Source of the DNA: an uncultured Chloroflexia bacterium
GTDB taxonomy: Bacteria; Chloroflexota; Limnocylindria; Limnocylindrales; CSP1-4
Length of the DNA stretch: 64,000 nt
Direction of reading: 5' to 3'
Assembly: GCA_963780425.1 (NCBI GenBank)
Contig: CAWABZ010000012.1
Location: 6,284-70,283 of the forward strand
The position numbers and the translations under genes are program-made. Of this stretch, positions 29,746 to 39,116 are shown in pieces. The stretch's first letter is position 1. Every line of letters starts with the position of its first letter. A model generated the notes under the pieces. That model ran no database searches and was not told the origin of the DNA. It saw only the letters and a list, made by a program, of their open reading frames with translations.

Positions 29746-30806
29746 CTACGGCTTCGGATGCGCCAGCAGGAAGCCCACGACCGAGTCCGCGAAAGCAGCG
29801 GACAGCTCCGGAAAGTGACCGGCGCCGGGGATCGTCCAGAGTTCGACGTGCCCCCCTGGATCGCAGCCGGACGCGACCGCCACCGTCGACTCGGCCGGTC
29901 CGGCGGGTCCATCAGCGACAACGGCCACGTCGACCCGCTGATCCGTTTCGATGAGCTTGGGTTCGCTGCCATCGTAGGCCGCCCACCTCTCCGTCGACTC
30001 CACAGCGCCGGGGATATGGATGGTCGGGGTTGACGTAGCCAGCGCGTGAGGCTCCGGCGACGACGGCAACGGGCCACGGTCTATGTCCATGCCCTGTAGA
30101 GAATCGTCCCATCGGCCGCACCGTGGATGTGCAGCACGCCGACCGGTTCGGACGGCCGGCAGTCGGTCGGGCTCGCGAACGTGGCCGCGCCGAAGGTCGC
30201 GATGGCGGCGACCTCGTCGGCGTGTTCGCATGCCATCCGATAGCTCATGAACCCCCCGTTCGAGTGCCCGACGACGTAGACCCGGCGCGGGTCGATGGCA
30301 GCCACGGATCTCGCCTCCGCGATGAGGCCGTCGAGGTACGCGGAGTCGTCGACCGCCGTGAGATCGATGTCGCAACACGCTTCCGTCGCGTTCCAGAACC
30401 GGGCCCCATGGCTGTCCACGGTGCCGTCCGGGTGGAGGAACGCCATCCCATGGGACGCCGCGACGCGGCCGAGCCGCCAGTAGTCCTCCTGCCACTGGCC
30501 GCTGCCACCGAAGACGTGCAAGAGCATCAGCAATGGCACCGGACCGTCGGCCTCGGGGACGTATAGGGTCGTCGGACGGTCCCCGCCGATCGTTTCTCGC
30601 CGCCCGCCGACGATCGGCGGCGCGGTGGCGGAAAAACTCGGCATGCGTTGTCCGTCCGCAGGTGGAGCAGTCACGAACGTCGGCGGGGTGGTATCGCCTG
30701 GGACGTTCGGGGAGGTCGCGGGGGCCGAGGCGCTTGGCACGGGCTGGCCACAGGCCGCCACCAGGATGCATGCAGCGATCAATGCGAGGGCGCCTGTCCG
30801 CCGCAT
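29746..30806 (-). CDS. Esterase / PHB-depolymerase-like alpha/beta hydrolase lipoprotein, +1 frameshift near 30085-30100
   Basis: Lipobox (LVAACGQ) and nucleophile elbow GHSNGG in ORF 30081-30851. The C-terminus (WTIPGAGHFPELSAAFADSVVGFLLAHPKP) continues in another frame to 29746. Confidence 0.7.
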
Positions 30807-31232
30807 GCCGCAGACGTACTGCACGTCCGTCATGATCCTCTCTGAACACACACAGGGGCCGGGGACGGCAGCGAGCGCAACCGTCCCCGGCCACTACAAG
30901 GCACGGCCCTCGAGTTCGATCCGCTTCGCCACGAGCGATCGTCTCGTCATTTGATGTGGATAACGAACGCTGGCAGGCGTCCCTCAACTCTGAGAGCAGC
31001 TCAGGCACCGATGCTCCTTCCGATTGGCGTGTTTCGGCGCGCCATGAGTATGGGTCTGCCCGTTTGCTAGGGCCGCACTCGATGCTCCCGTTGTTTGGCG
31101 ATCCAGTCCCAGCCGGCTTGCCGATACGCCTGCCGGCCCTAGAGGCCATCCTGCCCCGCACGAGGGCTCGAGGTACGTCAACGCATGCGCTCATTTCGGA
31201 CTTCAGGCGGATGCGGCGGGAAGCGGGTCGTG

Positions 31233-32048
31233 TCAGGGCTCTATCGCGACCGAGTCCACGATCGATTGGAGTTCGGCTCGGTCTTGCGCCGACGTCCCGG
31301 CGAAGTCGGTGGCCTCGACCACGACGCGTTGGCCATCGACATCGAGGATCCAGAGGTGCCATCGGTGGCCTGATCCCTGGGCGTAGATGTTGCCGTCCCA
31401 AGGCTCGTACCTCGAGGTGCACCGTGAGATGTCCGGCACCTGGAGGTCCATGTACTTTCCGGAGTAGCCAGCAAGCGTGACGTCGATCGGCGTCGTCGTG
31501 TCGAGGAGCGGATGATCGGCCAGGGCGGTCGCAAAGTCATCGGCGGTCGGCCCGACCGGGATGTCGACTGGTGTCTCACCACTGGCGTCTTGGGCCGGAG
31601 TACAGGGATCGCTGCGCAACCAGCCGCCGCGTGTGAAGATCATGCCCGCTCCAGCCGGCGGGCGATTTTGCTCCGGGTAGAGCCAGATCGACCCGGCTAC
31701 CCCGGCCCAGCCGTCCTGCGGATCGACGACCGTGGCCGAGGCGTATGGCGGGATTGTGAACGTCAGCAGCATCGTGTTGCTGCACCCGGGCGTGGGCGGT
31801 TCAGGGCACGCCATCCAGTGGTCTTTGAGGTCCGGACCGATGAAGTAGGTGCCTGGCCGCAAGGGGCCGCCCTGGAGCGGTATCGGAGACGAGGCCGGGC
31901 TCGGAATTGCGGTCGGGCTGGGACCGCCTACGCTCTGACTCGGTTGCTCGCCCGCGTCATCACCGGCTGGCAGGAACCGCAATCCCACGAGCACGAGAGC
32001 TACCACGGCGGCGGCCGCGATGCCCATCCGAACGAAGGCGTTCTTCAT
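31233..32048 (-). CDS. Hypothetical secreted protein
   Basis: MKNAFVRMGIAAAAVVALVLVGLRFLPA signal/TM. No known domain. The in-frame upstream extension to 32303 is less likely. Confidence 0.45.
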   Translation of the reverse strand: MKNAFVRMGIAAAAVVALVLVGLRFLPAGDDAGEQPSQSVGGPSPTAIPSPASSPIPLQGGPLRPGTYFIGPDLKDHWMACPEPPTPGCSNTMLLTFTIPPYASATVVDPQDGWAGVAGSIWLYPEQNRPPAGAGMIFTRGGWLRSDPCTPAQDASGETPVDIPVGPTADDFATALADHPLLDTTTPIDVTLAGYSGKYMDLQVPDISRCTSRYEPWDGNIYAQGSGHRWHLWILDVDGQRVVVEATDFAGTSAQDRAELQSIVDSVAIEP

Positions 32049-32376
32049 CACCGTGAACCTCCGCACCGGCCACCTGGCACGGCGCCATGAGGTCGCGGGG
32101 AGCTGCTCGAGCACGCTGTCCCGCAGCGCGGTCGCGCCGTACTCCAACCACGACCGAACGATTTCGGGCGACGTCGCGATCCGGAGCTCATCGGGCAACC
32201 TCCCGCGTGCCTGGTCTGGCGTCCGCCTCGAGGGTCGCGCGCTGGCCGCGCATCGCGCGATGCAATCGGGATCGGACCGTGCCGGCGGGGACGCAGAGCC
32301 CATAGGCGACGTTCGTCGAGCGGAAGGTCGGGGTAGTCGTTCAGCTCGTCACCCGAGGCACCCGCGGCTTCATTTC

Positions 32377-34446
32377 TCACGGATACACCGGCTGCCACGA
32401 GAGGTCGCCCGACTGTGCGGCGTACAGGTCCATCGATGGTGCCGTGAGCACGACCGGGGCGGAGTCGCCCGACACGGCTATGGAGGTCACAGAGAACTCT
32501 CCGTCTCCATCGGTACCGAGGTAGAGGAGCCGACGGCCATCCGGTGACCAGATGACGGGCGGGTACGACACAGGGATGGTGCGCGCCCCGGAGCCGTCCG
32601 GGCGGACGAGGACCAAGCGCTCGTCTGGGGCGCCCTTGTTCCCGGTGTAGGCGATGAGGTCGCCGCGGGGCGACCACGATGGACTGCTGCCTGCCCCCAG
32701 ATCGATGTCCGAAGCCGTTCCGTCGATGCGCACGATGCGTAAGGACTGAAGCGTTGAAACGATGAGTCGCGAGCCATCGGGCGACCAGGCCAGGGGCCCG
32801 AAGTAGTCGCCTTTGCGAAGGATTCGCGACTCCAGGCTGTGGGTATCGATGAGCGCGACTCCCGACGGGGGGCTGACGGCGATGACGGACCCATCGGGCG
32901 ACCATTTGAAGGCGAAGTAACCACCCGGAACTACCACCGTGTCGATCGACGGAGGAGAGACGCCCAATGTCGCGATCGACAGAGCCCCCTCGTCGAAGGG
33001 CGCCAATGACTGGAACGCGATCCGCCGACCATCTGGGGACCATTCCGGACACGGCACGGTTCCCCTTCCAACGACCGGAATCCGTGTCTCGGACCCGATG
33101 CGCGACCCATCGCGATCCAGGTTGATGATGACCACGGCTCGCTGGGGCCGCTCAAGCCGTTCGGGGCCCGATGGGCCTGTGCCCTCCCCGTACGCAAGCC
33201 TGGTCCCGTCAGGTGAGAATCTCGGACAGAGCATCCGCCCGTTGTCGGCGCTGGACGCGACGAGCCGGCGCGGCTCGACGCCTTCGCGAACCAGGTAGAT
33301 CTCGCCCGGGCTGCCGCTATCGATCCCCGAGTACCTCATGAACGCCACCCAGCCGTTGGACGCGCGCTGAGCCGGCGGAGGGGGTATGGCGCCTGGCGTC
33401 GCCCCAGGAGGCGCCGTCAGGAGCGGCGCAGGCGTCGCGGAACAGTAGGGATCGAGCGCACATTCCTGCTCGGGCGTGATGCGGGCGACGCCCTCTGGCT
33501 GGACGATGTCGAACAGAGTTGCGGGCTGCTCGCCGAATTCGACATTGGTCACCTCGAAGGTGTTGAACCTGCCGGGAATGGTCTGGTTCGCTTCGTTCTG
33601 CGCAGGGGCGCGGCTGCGCAGCACAAGGGCGGTCTCCGCGTCGATCCAGAGGTCGCCCGCGATGCACGCGACATGGTGCGCGGGTCGTCCTGCGACGTAT
33701 TCCAAGCCGACGTACGTCCAGCCTGCCGCGGGGTTTCCGCCCTCGCCCGCGCGGGTCATCGCGCACCCCTCGCCCGAGTTCAGGACCGGTGCGACGGTTT
33801 CCGCGAGGAGGAACACCCGCGGATCCTCGGAGATGGCGTCCTCCTGCTCGGTCCAGACCCTCTCCGACCCGACCATCTTTACCTCACCGAGCCCAGATCC
33901 GCTCAGGATCCTGTACGTATCGGGCTCGAGCGCATCGAGCGTGGCGTAGCGCTCGAAGCGCACCGCGCCAGATCGATGGATGTAGATCCGACCCTTGATC
34001 GAGCCATCCTCGAGCGTCGTGATGGCTACGGGCGGCAGCGCCGGGAGCCGGTCGTAGACCGACAGGACGAAGGCCGGGATATCCTCCGGCCGCTGTAGCG
34101 TCAGCTCCGGCGTACGGTCGGGCTGGACGACCGCAGGGACGTCGTTCGGCCGCTGTTGGGTCAGCTCCGGCGCAGGGTCGGCCAGGAGGAGGCGTAGCGC
34201 ACCAGTGCCCGCGATGCTGGCGACGGCCAGCGCGATCAACAGGGCGGCGGCGACCAGCAGACTCCGTCGGCGCGCGATGGGGTCGGCGTCCGACAAGGCC
34301 CCGAGGAACGACGGCAATGGACGCTGCTGCGACGTGGTCTCGACCGCCTCGATGATCCGTTCGCGCAGGCCGGGCTGGGCCCGCGCCGGGAGGTGGGCGC
34401 GGAGAGCGGCTGCGAGCTGGGCGTCGGTCACGCGTCGCTCGTTCAT
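32377..34446 (-). CDS. Anti-sigma factor with single TM helix and extracytoplasmic TolB-like beta-propeller domain
   Basis: Start overlaps the ECF sigma stop. Cytoplasmic N-domain, TM (LLVAAALLIALAVASIAG), then repeated WSPDG / FSPDG propeller blades. Confidence 0.7.
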   Translation of the reverse strand: MNERRVTDAQLAAALRAHLPARAQPGLRERIIEAVETTSQQRPLPSFLGALSDADPIARRRSLLVAAALLIALAVASIAGTGALRLLLADPAPELTQQRPNDVPAVVQPDRTPELTLQRPEDIPAFVLSVYDRLPALPPVAITTLEDGSIKGRIYIHRSGAVRFERYATLDALEPDTYRILSGSGLGEVKMVGSERVWTEQEDAISEDPRVFLLAETVAPVLNSGEGCAMTRAGEGGNPAAGWTYVGLEYVAGRPAHHVACIAGDLWIDAETALVLRSRAPAQNEANQTIPGRFNTFEVTNVEFGEQPATLFDIVQPEGVARITPEQECALDPYCSATPAPLLTAPPGATPGAIPPPPAQRASNGWVAFMRYSGIDSGSPGEIYLVREGVEPRRLVASSADNGRMLCPRFSPDGTRLAYGEGTGPSGPERLERPQRAVVIINLDRDGSRIGSETRIPVVGRGTVPCPEWSPDGRRIAFQSLAPFDEGALSIATLGVSPPSIDTVVVPGGYFAFKWSPDGSVIAVSPPSGVALIDTHSLESRILRKGDYFGPLAWSPDGSRLIVSTLQSLRIVRIDGTASDIDLGAGSSPSWSPRGDLIAYTGNKGAPDERLVLVRPDGSGARTIPVSYPPVIWSPDGRRLLYLGTDGDGEFSVTSIAVSGDSAPVVLTAPSMDLYAAQSGDLSWQPVYP

Positions 34447-35042
34447 GACTCGGCCTCCATCGCCCGCTCGAGCGCCCGGCGGGCCGCGTGGAGCCGCCAC
34501 TTCGCAGTTCCGACCGGGATCCCGAACGAGCGCGCGATCTCGGCGACGGGCCGTCCGTCGACGTGGTGAAGCGCAAGGATCGATCTGTCCTCAGGTCGTA
34601 ACCGGTCGAACGCCCGGCTGATCGCGTCCGCGTCAGACACGTCGTCGATCTCCGTTCGCGCGTTCGGGTCGAACGGTGTTTCGAGCGCCGACGGTCCCGG
34701 ATCTGCTGATGATGGCGCGACGCGGACCTCCCGCAGCCGGACACGATGCCGGCGTGCCATCCGTGAGGCATTGGCGACGATCCGATTGAGCCACCCGTCG
34801 AAGGCCGCCGATTCCCGAAGCCTCGGGAGCTGCCGCCACACGGCCACGAATGCGTCCTGGGTCGCATCGGCGGCGTCGGCGTCATTGAGAAGGATCGACC
34901 AGGCCAAGCGATAGCAGCGGTCGATGCGGGTCGCGATCAGGGCATCGAAGGCTGCGGCATCGCCTAGGCGCGCACGACGGACGAGTGCGTCATCCGGCGA
35001 CGTCGCCAAGCTCTCGGCCGCTGCGAACGTGTCCATGGTCAT
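34443..35042 (-). CDS. ECF (sigma-70 family) RNA polymerase sigma factor
   Basis: Region 2 (DAADATQDAFVAVWRQL) and region 4 (DRSILALHHVDGRPVAEIARSFGIPVGTAKWRLHAAR). Start at ATG 35042. Confidence 0.85.
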   Translation of the reverse strand: MTMDTFAAAESLATSPDDALVRRARLGDAAAFDALIATRIDRCYRLAWSILLNDADAADATQDAFVAVWRQLPRLRESAAFDGWLNRIVANASRMARRHRVRLREVRVAPSSADPGPSALETPFDPNARTEIDDVSDADAISRAFDRLRPEDRSILALHHVDGRPVAEIARSFGIPVGTAKWRLHAARRALERAMEAES

Positions 35043-35209
35043 CCCTGTCGGGCGCCCTTCTAGTGTGTTGTCGCCTGTCCAGATGCCGCGAACCTGTCGG
35101 TGGTTGGCTTTGGCGATCCACCGCGAAAGCGATCGACGACGAACCCAAACGCGGCGAAGGCTTGTCAAGGGTGTTAGGCGGCAAGGTCTTGTAGACATCT
35201 CCTACCCAC

Positions 35210-35240
35210 TTGACAGGAAACCAGTTGGTTTCCTATTCTC
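35210..35240 (+). promoter_or_regulatory. Promoter with embedded perfect palindrome (ArsR-type operator): TTGACA - AGGAAACCAgtTGGTTTCCT - TATTCT
   Basis: -35 TTGACA at 35210-35215, 9-bp-arm inverted repeat at 35215-35234, -10 TATTCT at 35235-35240. ATG of the ArsR gene at 35246, implying a leaderless or near-leaderless transcript. Confidence 0.55.
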
Positions 35241-35245
35241 TCGGT

Positions 35246-36004
35246 ATGGAGACGGTCTTCCGGGCCCTCGCAGATCCGACCCGTCGAGCCCTGCTCGACG
35301 CGCTGTTCGAGCGGGACGGCCAGACCCTTGCGGCGCTGACCGCGCGACACGATATGACCAGGGTCGCGGTGGCGAAGCACCTGGGACTGCTCGAGGACGC
35401 CGGTCTCGTGGTGAGCAAGCGCCGCGGACGGGAGAAGTTGCACTACCTCAACCCGGTGCCGATCCGCCTCCTCCACGACCGCTGGGTGAGCAAGTACACG
35501 GAGCCGTGGGCGGCCGGCCTGACCGGCCTCAGGACAGAGCTGGAGATGAATATGGAGAAGGTCTTCGAGATCTACATCAGCACGACCCCCGAGCGCCTGT
35601 GGCAAGCGATCACCGATCCGATGATCCGATCCAAGTACCACTTCGGCGCGAGGATCGAGTCCGACTGGGCACCGGGCTCGCCCTACGCCCTCAACCATCC
35701 GGGCGCCGACGGGCCGCTCGTCGAGGGAGAGAACCTCGTTGTCGATCCGCCGCGCCGACTGGTGCAGACGATGAACGCGAAGTGGGGCGAGGACGCCGAG
35801 CGTGAAGCCACGTCGCGTGTGACCTGGGAGATCGAGCCCGTCGGCGACTCGTGCCGGCTGATCGTGACCCACGACCAGCTCAGCGAGGGCGCCCCGGAGG
35901 AGCTCTACGGCGGCTGGCCGATGATCCTGTCCGGGCTGAAGACCTGGCTCGAGACCGGCGAGACCCTCACCACGCCGGGTTCGCTCATGTACGGCGAGCG
36001 CTGA
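35246..36004 (+). CDS. ArsR-family HTH regulator fused to SRPBCC/AHSA1 (activator of Hsp90 ATPase-like) domain
   Basis: HTH_5 (FRALADPTRRALLDALFERDGQTLAALTARHDMTRVAVAKHLGLLEDAGLV) followed by an AHSA1-like domain. Confidence 0.85.
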   Translation: METVFRALADPTRRALLDALFERDGQTLAALTARHDMTRVAVAKHLGLLEDAGLVVSKRRGREKLHYLNPVPIRLLHDRWVSKYTEPWAAGLTGLRTELEMNMEKVFEIYISTTPERLWQAITDPMIRSKYHFGARIESDWAPGSPYALNHPGADGPLVEGENLVVDPPRRLVQTMNAKWGEDAEREATSRVTWEIEPVGDSCRLIVTHDQLSEGAPEELYGGWPMILSGLKTWLETGETLTTPGSLMYGER

Positions 36005-36022
36005 CCGCGAAGGAGGCAGACG

Positions 36023-36403
36023 ATGCCATCGACCACCATCGAGGACGTCCGCACGATCGGCGTCAACGTCGCCGACCAGGACGCCGCCATCGAGTTCTAC
36101 GTCACGAACCTCGGCTTCGAGAAGCGGCTCGATGCCCCGATCAGCCCCACGATGCGCTGGATCGAGGTCGCCCCGCGAGGTGCCTCGACGTCGATCGCGC
36201 TCCAGGCCACCGAGGCCGCGGCGGATGTCGGCGGCGATACCGGGATCCGGTTCACGGTGCCAGACGCGGAAGCGGAGCACGCCGCGATGCTGGAGCGCGG
36301 GGTGAACGTCGGCGAGATGCTGCGCTTTGACGACGTGCCACCGATGTACACGTTCGACGACCCCGACGGGAACCGCTTCTACGTCGTGGAGGAGATGTCA
36401 TGA
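36023..36403 (+). CDS. VOC/glyoxalase family protein
   Basis: 126 aa with VOC fold ([21 protein letters not shown] ... [13 protein letters not shown]). Confidence 0.85.
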   Translation: MPSTTIEDVRTIGVNVADQDAAIEFYVTNLGFEKRLDAPISPTMRWIEVAPRGASTSIALQATEAAADVGGDTGIRFTVPDAEAEHAAMLERGVNVGEMLRFDDVPPMYTFDDPDGNRFYVVEEMS

Positions 36404-36675
36404 CCTCGCTCGACAGGACGTTCACCGCGCCTTTGGAGAAGAGTCCCGCGGCGGGCGGCTGGACCTACGTCGTGACCGACTGGACCGCCGCATTCTTCGG
36501 GACCCGCGGGCTCGTCAAGGTGGCCGGGACCGTCGACGGGCATCCCTTCCGCAGTTCCTTCATGGCGCTCGGCGACGGCAGCCACAAGCTGCCGATCAAG
36601 GCGGACCTGCGCCGGCTGATCGACAAGCGTGAAGGCGACATCGTCGCCATCCACCTCACCGAACGAGTCGGCTGA
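36400..36675 (+). CDS. DUF1905 domain protein
   Basis: 91 aa with typical DUF1905 pattern (GWTYV ... [36 protein letters not shown]). Overlaps the upstream stop (ATGA). Confidence 0.75.
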   Translation: MTSLDRTFTAPLEKSPAAGGWTYVVTDWTAAFFGTRGLVKVAGTVDGHPFRSSFMALGDGSHKLPIKADLRRLIDKREGDIVAIHLTERVG

Positions 36676-36684
36676 GCCGGCCGG

Positions 36685-37089
36685 CTAGCCCGCCAGCGCA
36701 ACCTTCGATGTGTGGAGCAGCGGCGATGCAAGGAACAGGTCCGCGCCAGTGACGTTGGTCGCGATCGGCACGGAGTGGACGTTGCACACTCGCATGACCG
36801 TCTGGATGTCGGGGTCGTGCGGATGCGCGCTGAGCGGATCGACGAAGAAGAAGACCGCCCGGATCCGGCCTTCCGCGACCATCGCCGCGATCTGGGCATC
36901 GCCGCCCATCGGTCCCGACAGGACCGATTCGACCTTCAGTCCGACCTTGTCGCGGAGAAGCGTTCCGGTGGTGGCCGTGGCGACGAGGTCGAAACCGGAG
37001 AGCCGCTCGCGGTTGTAGGTCGCCCACGCGATCAGATCGGCCTTGCGGCCGTCATGCGCGATGAGGGCTAGGGTGTCTCGCTGTTTCAT
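36685..37089 (-). CDS. mgsA: Methylglyoxal synthase
   Basis: 134 aa with MGS-like domain (LALIAHDGRKADLIAW ... ATTGTLL ... SGPMGGDAQI ... IRAVFFFVDPLSAHPHDPD). Overlaps the TetR stop. Confidence 0.9.
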   Translation of the reverse strand: MKQRDTLALIAHDGRKADLIAWATYNRERLSGFDLVATATTGTLLRDKVGLKVESVLSGPMGGDAQIAAMVAEGRIRAVFFFVDPLSAHPHDPDIQTVMRVCNVHSVPIATNVTGADLFLASPLLHTSKVALAG

Positions 37090-37733
37090 GCTGGTGAAGT
37101 CTCCTTGTGCGCAGCGCGAGTGCTGGCACCGCGTGGTGTCTGAGATGTGTCGCCGTACCCGCGGAGCACGGCATCGACGATGCGCTCCGCGAACGCATCG
37201 TCAAGGTCGCCGCCGAACATCAACCGGAAGTAAACCGGGCCGACCAATAGCTCGGTGGCGACGTCCACGTTCGCGTCCTGACGAAGGTCGCCGCGGGCGA
37301 TCCCGCGTGCGATCACGCGCGCGATCTCGTCGCGGCGTGCCTGCACGACCGTCGCCCGGAACGGGTCGCCGAGCGTCGGGTTGACGGCGATCTGCGAAAG
37401 CAATGCCCGAATCACCGGGCCGAACGACGTCTCGGTGACGGCGCGCATCGGGTTGACGACCGCCGCGAGGAGCTCCTCGCGCGTGTCGCCCGTCACCGCC
37501 ACCGCGATGTGGGGACCCGCGAGCTCGGCGAGCAGTTCCTGCGCCAGGGCCTCCTTGGAGCCCCAACGACGGTAGATGGTCGCCTTGCCCACGCCCGCAC
37601 GCGCCGCGACATGCTCGAGTCGGAGGTCGGAGAACCCGTCCTCGCTCAGGAGCTCGCGGGTGGCGTCGAGGATCTTGCGGTGGACCTCGTCGCTACGCGG
37701 TCGGCCCTTTCGGGCCACGGTCGTGAGTGCCAT
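37086..37733 (-). CDS. TetR/AcrR family transcriptional regulator
   Basis: TetR_N HTH (ILDATRELLSEDGFSDLRLEHVAARAGVGKATIYRRWGSKEAL). Start at ATG 37733. Confidence 0.9.
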   Translation of the reverse strand: MALTTVARKGRPRSDEVHRKILDATRELLSEDGFSDLRLEHVAARAGVGKATIYRRWGSKEALAQELLAELAGPHIAVAVTGDTREELLAAVVNPMRAVTETSFGPVIRALLSQIAVNPTLGDPFRATVVQARRDEIARVIARGIARGDLRQDANVDVATELLVGPVYFRLMFGGDLDDAFAERIVDAVLRGYGDTSQTPRGASTRAAHKETSPA

Positions 37734-37741
37734 GTCGTAAT

Positions 37742-37800
37742 GATACGGAACGGACCGTATCAAGGCAAGGTATGGTAGGATACGGAAAACGTACCGTATC
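37742..37800. promoter_or_regulatory. Tandem palindromic TetR-type operators (half-site GATACGG / CCGTATC)
   Basis: GATACGG-aacgga-CCGTATC (37742-37761) and GATACGG-aaaacgta-CCGTATC (37779-37800), immediately upstream of the TetR ATG and of the divergent small ORF at 37825. Confidence 0.6.
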
Positions 37801-37824
37801 CATACTTACCGGAGCACTTATCCC

Positions 37825-38055
37825 ATGAACGATGACCGAATGATCGTCGACCTGATCGAACGAGCCAGTGACGCACAGCCGATGTGCGCCTGTGGCAACC
37901 ACACGACCGCCGTCTGGCGCGACGGGATCGTCTGGCTCGACTGCGCGACCCTGACCGAACCACGCGACAGTCGCGTTGGACGGCTGCTCGCCGCCGTGAC
38001 GGCGCCCGTCCACACCCATACGCCGATCGTCGAGGTCCCGGCAGTCGCCGCTTAG
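37825..38055 (+). CDS. Hypothetical small Cys-containing protein (76 aa), divergent from the TetR-mgsA operon
   Basis: ATG ORF directly downstream of the TetR operator cluster, with CACGNH...C residues. No homology recognised. Confidence 0.3.
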   Translation: MNDDRMIVDLIERASDAQPMCACGNHTTAVWRDGIVWLDCATLTEPRDSRVGRLLAAVTAPVHTHTPIVEVPAVAA

Positions 38056-38067
38056 CGGCACGCGGGC

Positions 38068-38940
38068 TCAGGCCCCGTCCGCGACCCGCCAGCTGAAGCG
38101 CGGCGCGTAGCCCAGGACACGCCGCGCCTTGTCGATCGAGAGCAACGTCTCGGTCGGCTCGATCGGGCGCTTCTGCGGAACGTCCGGGAAGACCTCCGCA
38201 AGCAGCTCGGCGTTGGGCCGCCGCATGACGGTGTCCGGGCTCGCGATGATGAAGACGTCGAAGCCGGTCGCGTCGTGCTCGACGGCACGTCGGACGGCCT
38301 GGGCGCCGTCCCGCGCGTCGACGTACGACCACAGGTTCCACTTGCGCACGGTGGCGTCGGCCTGGAAGTCCTCGAACCCTGCGTAGTCGGTCGGCTCCAT
38401 CACGTTCGAGAACCGCAGCGCGATCATCTTCGTGTCGGGATCCCAGCGGCAGAACTGGCGCGCCATCTCCTCGTCGAGCGTCTTGCCGAGGGAGTAGGCC
38501 GTCGCCGGCCGCAACGGGACCTCCTCGTCGACCGGGACGTACGGTGGCGGGACGTCGAACGGCAGGCCGAGCACGGTCTCGCTCGAGGCCCACACGACGT
38601 TTCGGATCCCGGCCATCCGCGCGGCCTGGAAGACGTTGTAGGTCGAGATCACGTTGTTCGCGAGGATCGTCGCGTTCGGGACCATGCCCGGACCCGGGAT
38701 CGCCGCCAGATGGACGACCGCGTCGAGGCCGTCATGGCGATCATCGACCGCAGTCAACGCGCCGGCCGTCTGCCCGAAATCGGTGAAGTCGACGCGCGTG
38801 AACGCGGCTCGACCATCCGAAGACGGGACGCGATCCAGGTTGATCACCTGGTAGTCATGCGCCAGCAGCTCATCGACCACCGCTCGGCCGAGCTTGCCGC
38901 TACCACCGGTCACTGCGATCCGCATACGCCGGGTCATCAT
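38068..38940 (-). CDS. NAD-dependent epimerase/dehydratase family protein
   Basis: GxxGxxG motif (IAVTGGSGKLG) and SDR-extended catalytic region (YSLGKTLDE). Confidence 0.85.
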   Translation of the reverse strand: MMTRRMRIAVTGGSGKLGRAVVDELLAHDYQVINLDRVPSSDGRAAFTRVDFTDFGQTAGALTAVDDRHDGLDAVVHLAAIPGPGMVPNATILANNVISTYNVFQAARMAGIRNVVWASSETVLGLPFDVPPPYVPVDEEVPLRPATAYSLGKTLDEEMARQFCRWDPDTKMIALRFSNVMEPTDYAGFEDFQADATVRKWNLWSYVDARDGAQAVRRAVEHDATGFDVFIIASPDTVMRRPNAELLAEVFPDVPQKRPIEPTETLLSIDKARRVLGYAPRFSWRVADGA

Positions 38941-39116
38941 ACGGGCGCGAACCGAGCGCCCCGGCGTAACGCCCGGACGTCCCGGCTCGTCGTAGACCCA
39001 GACGCCGGGTGGTCACTGGCAGGCTGATCGACCGCCCGGCGTCTCCATGTCGCGTCCGAGACGGCCTCAGGTAGACTCGGGCGGACCTCGGCCGTCACAG
39101 GGGGACTTCGCCCGTC

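Noticed and set aside
29746-31422. 558-aa minus-strand ORF
   Set aside because: Only the last ~75 aa (esterase C-terminus) are real coding. The remainder is off-frame or antisense to the esterase and to the 30956-31480 region.
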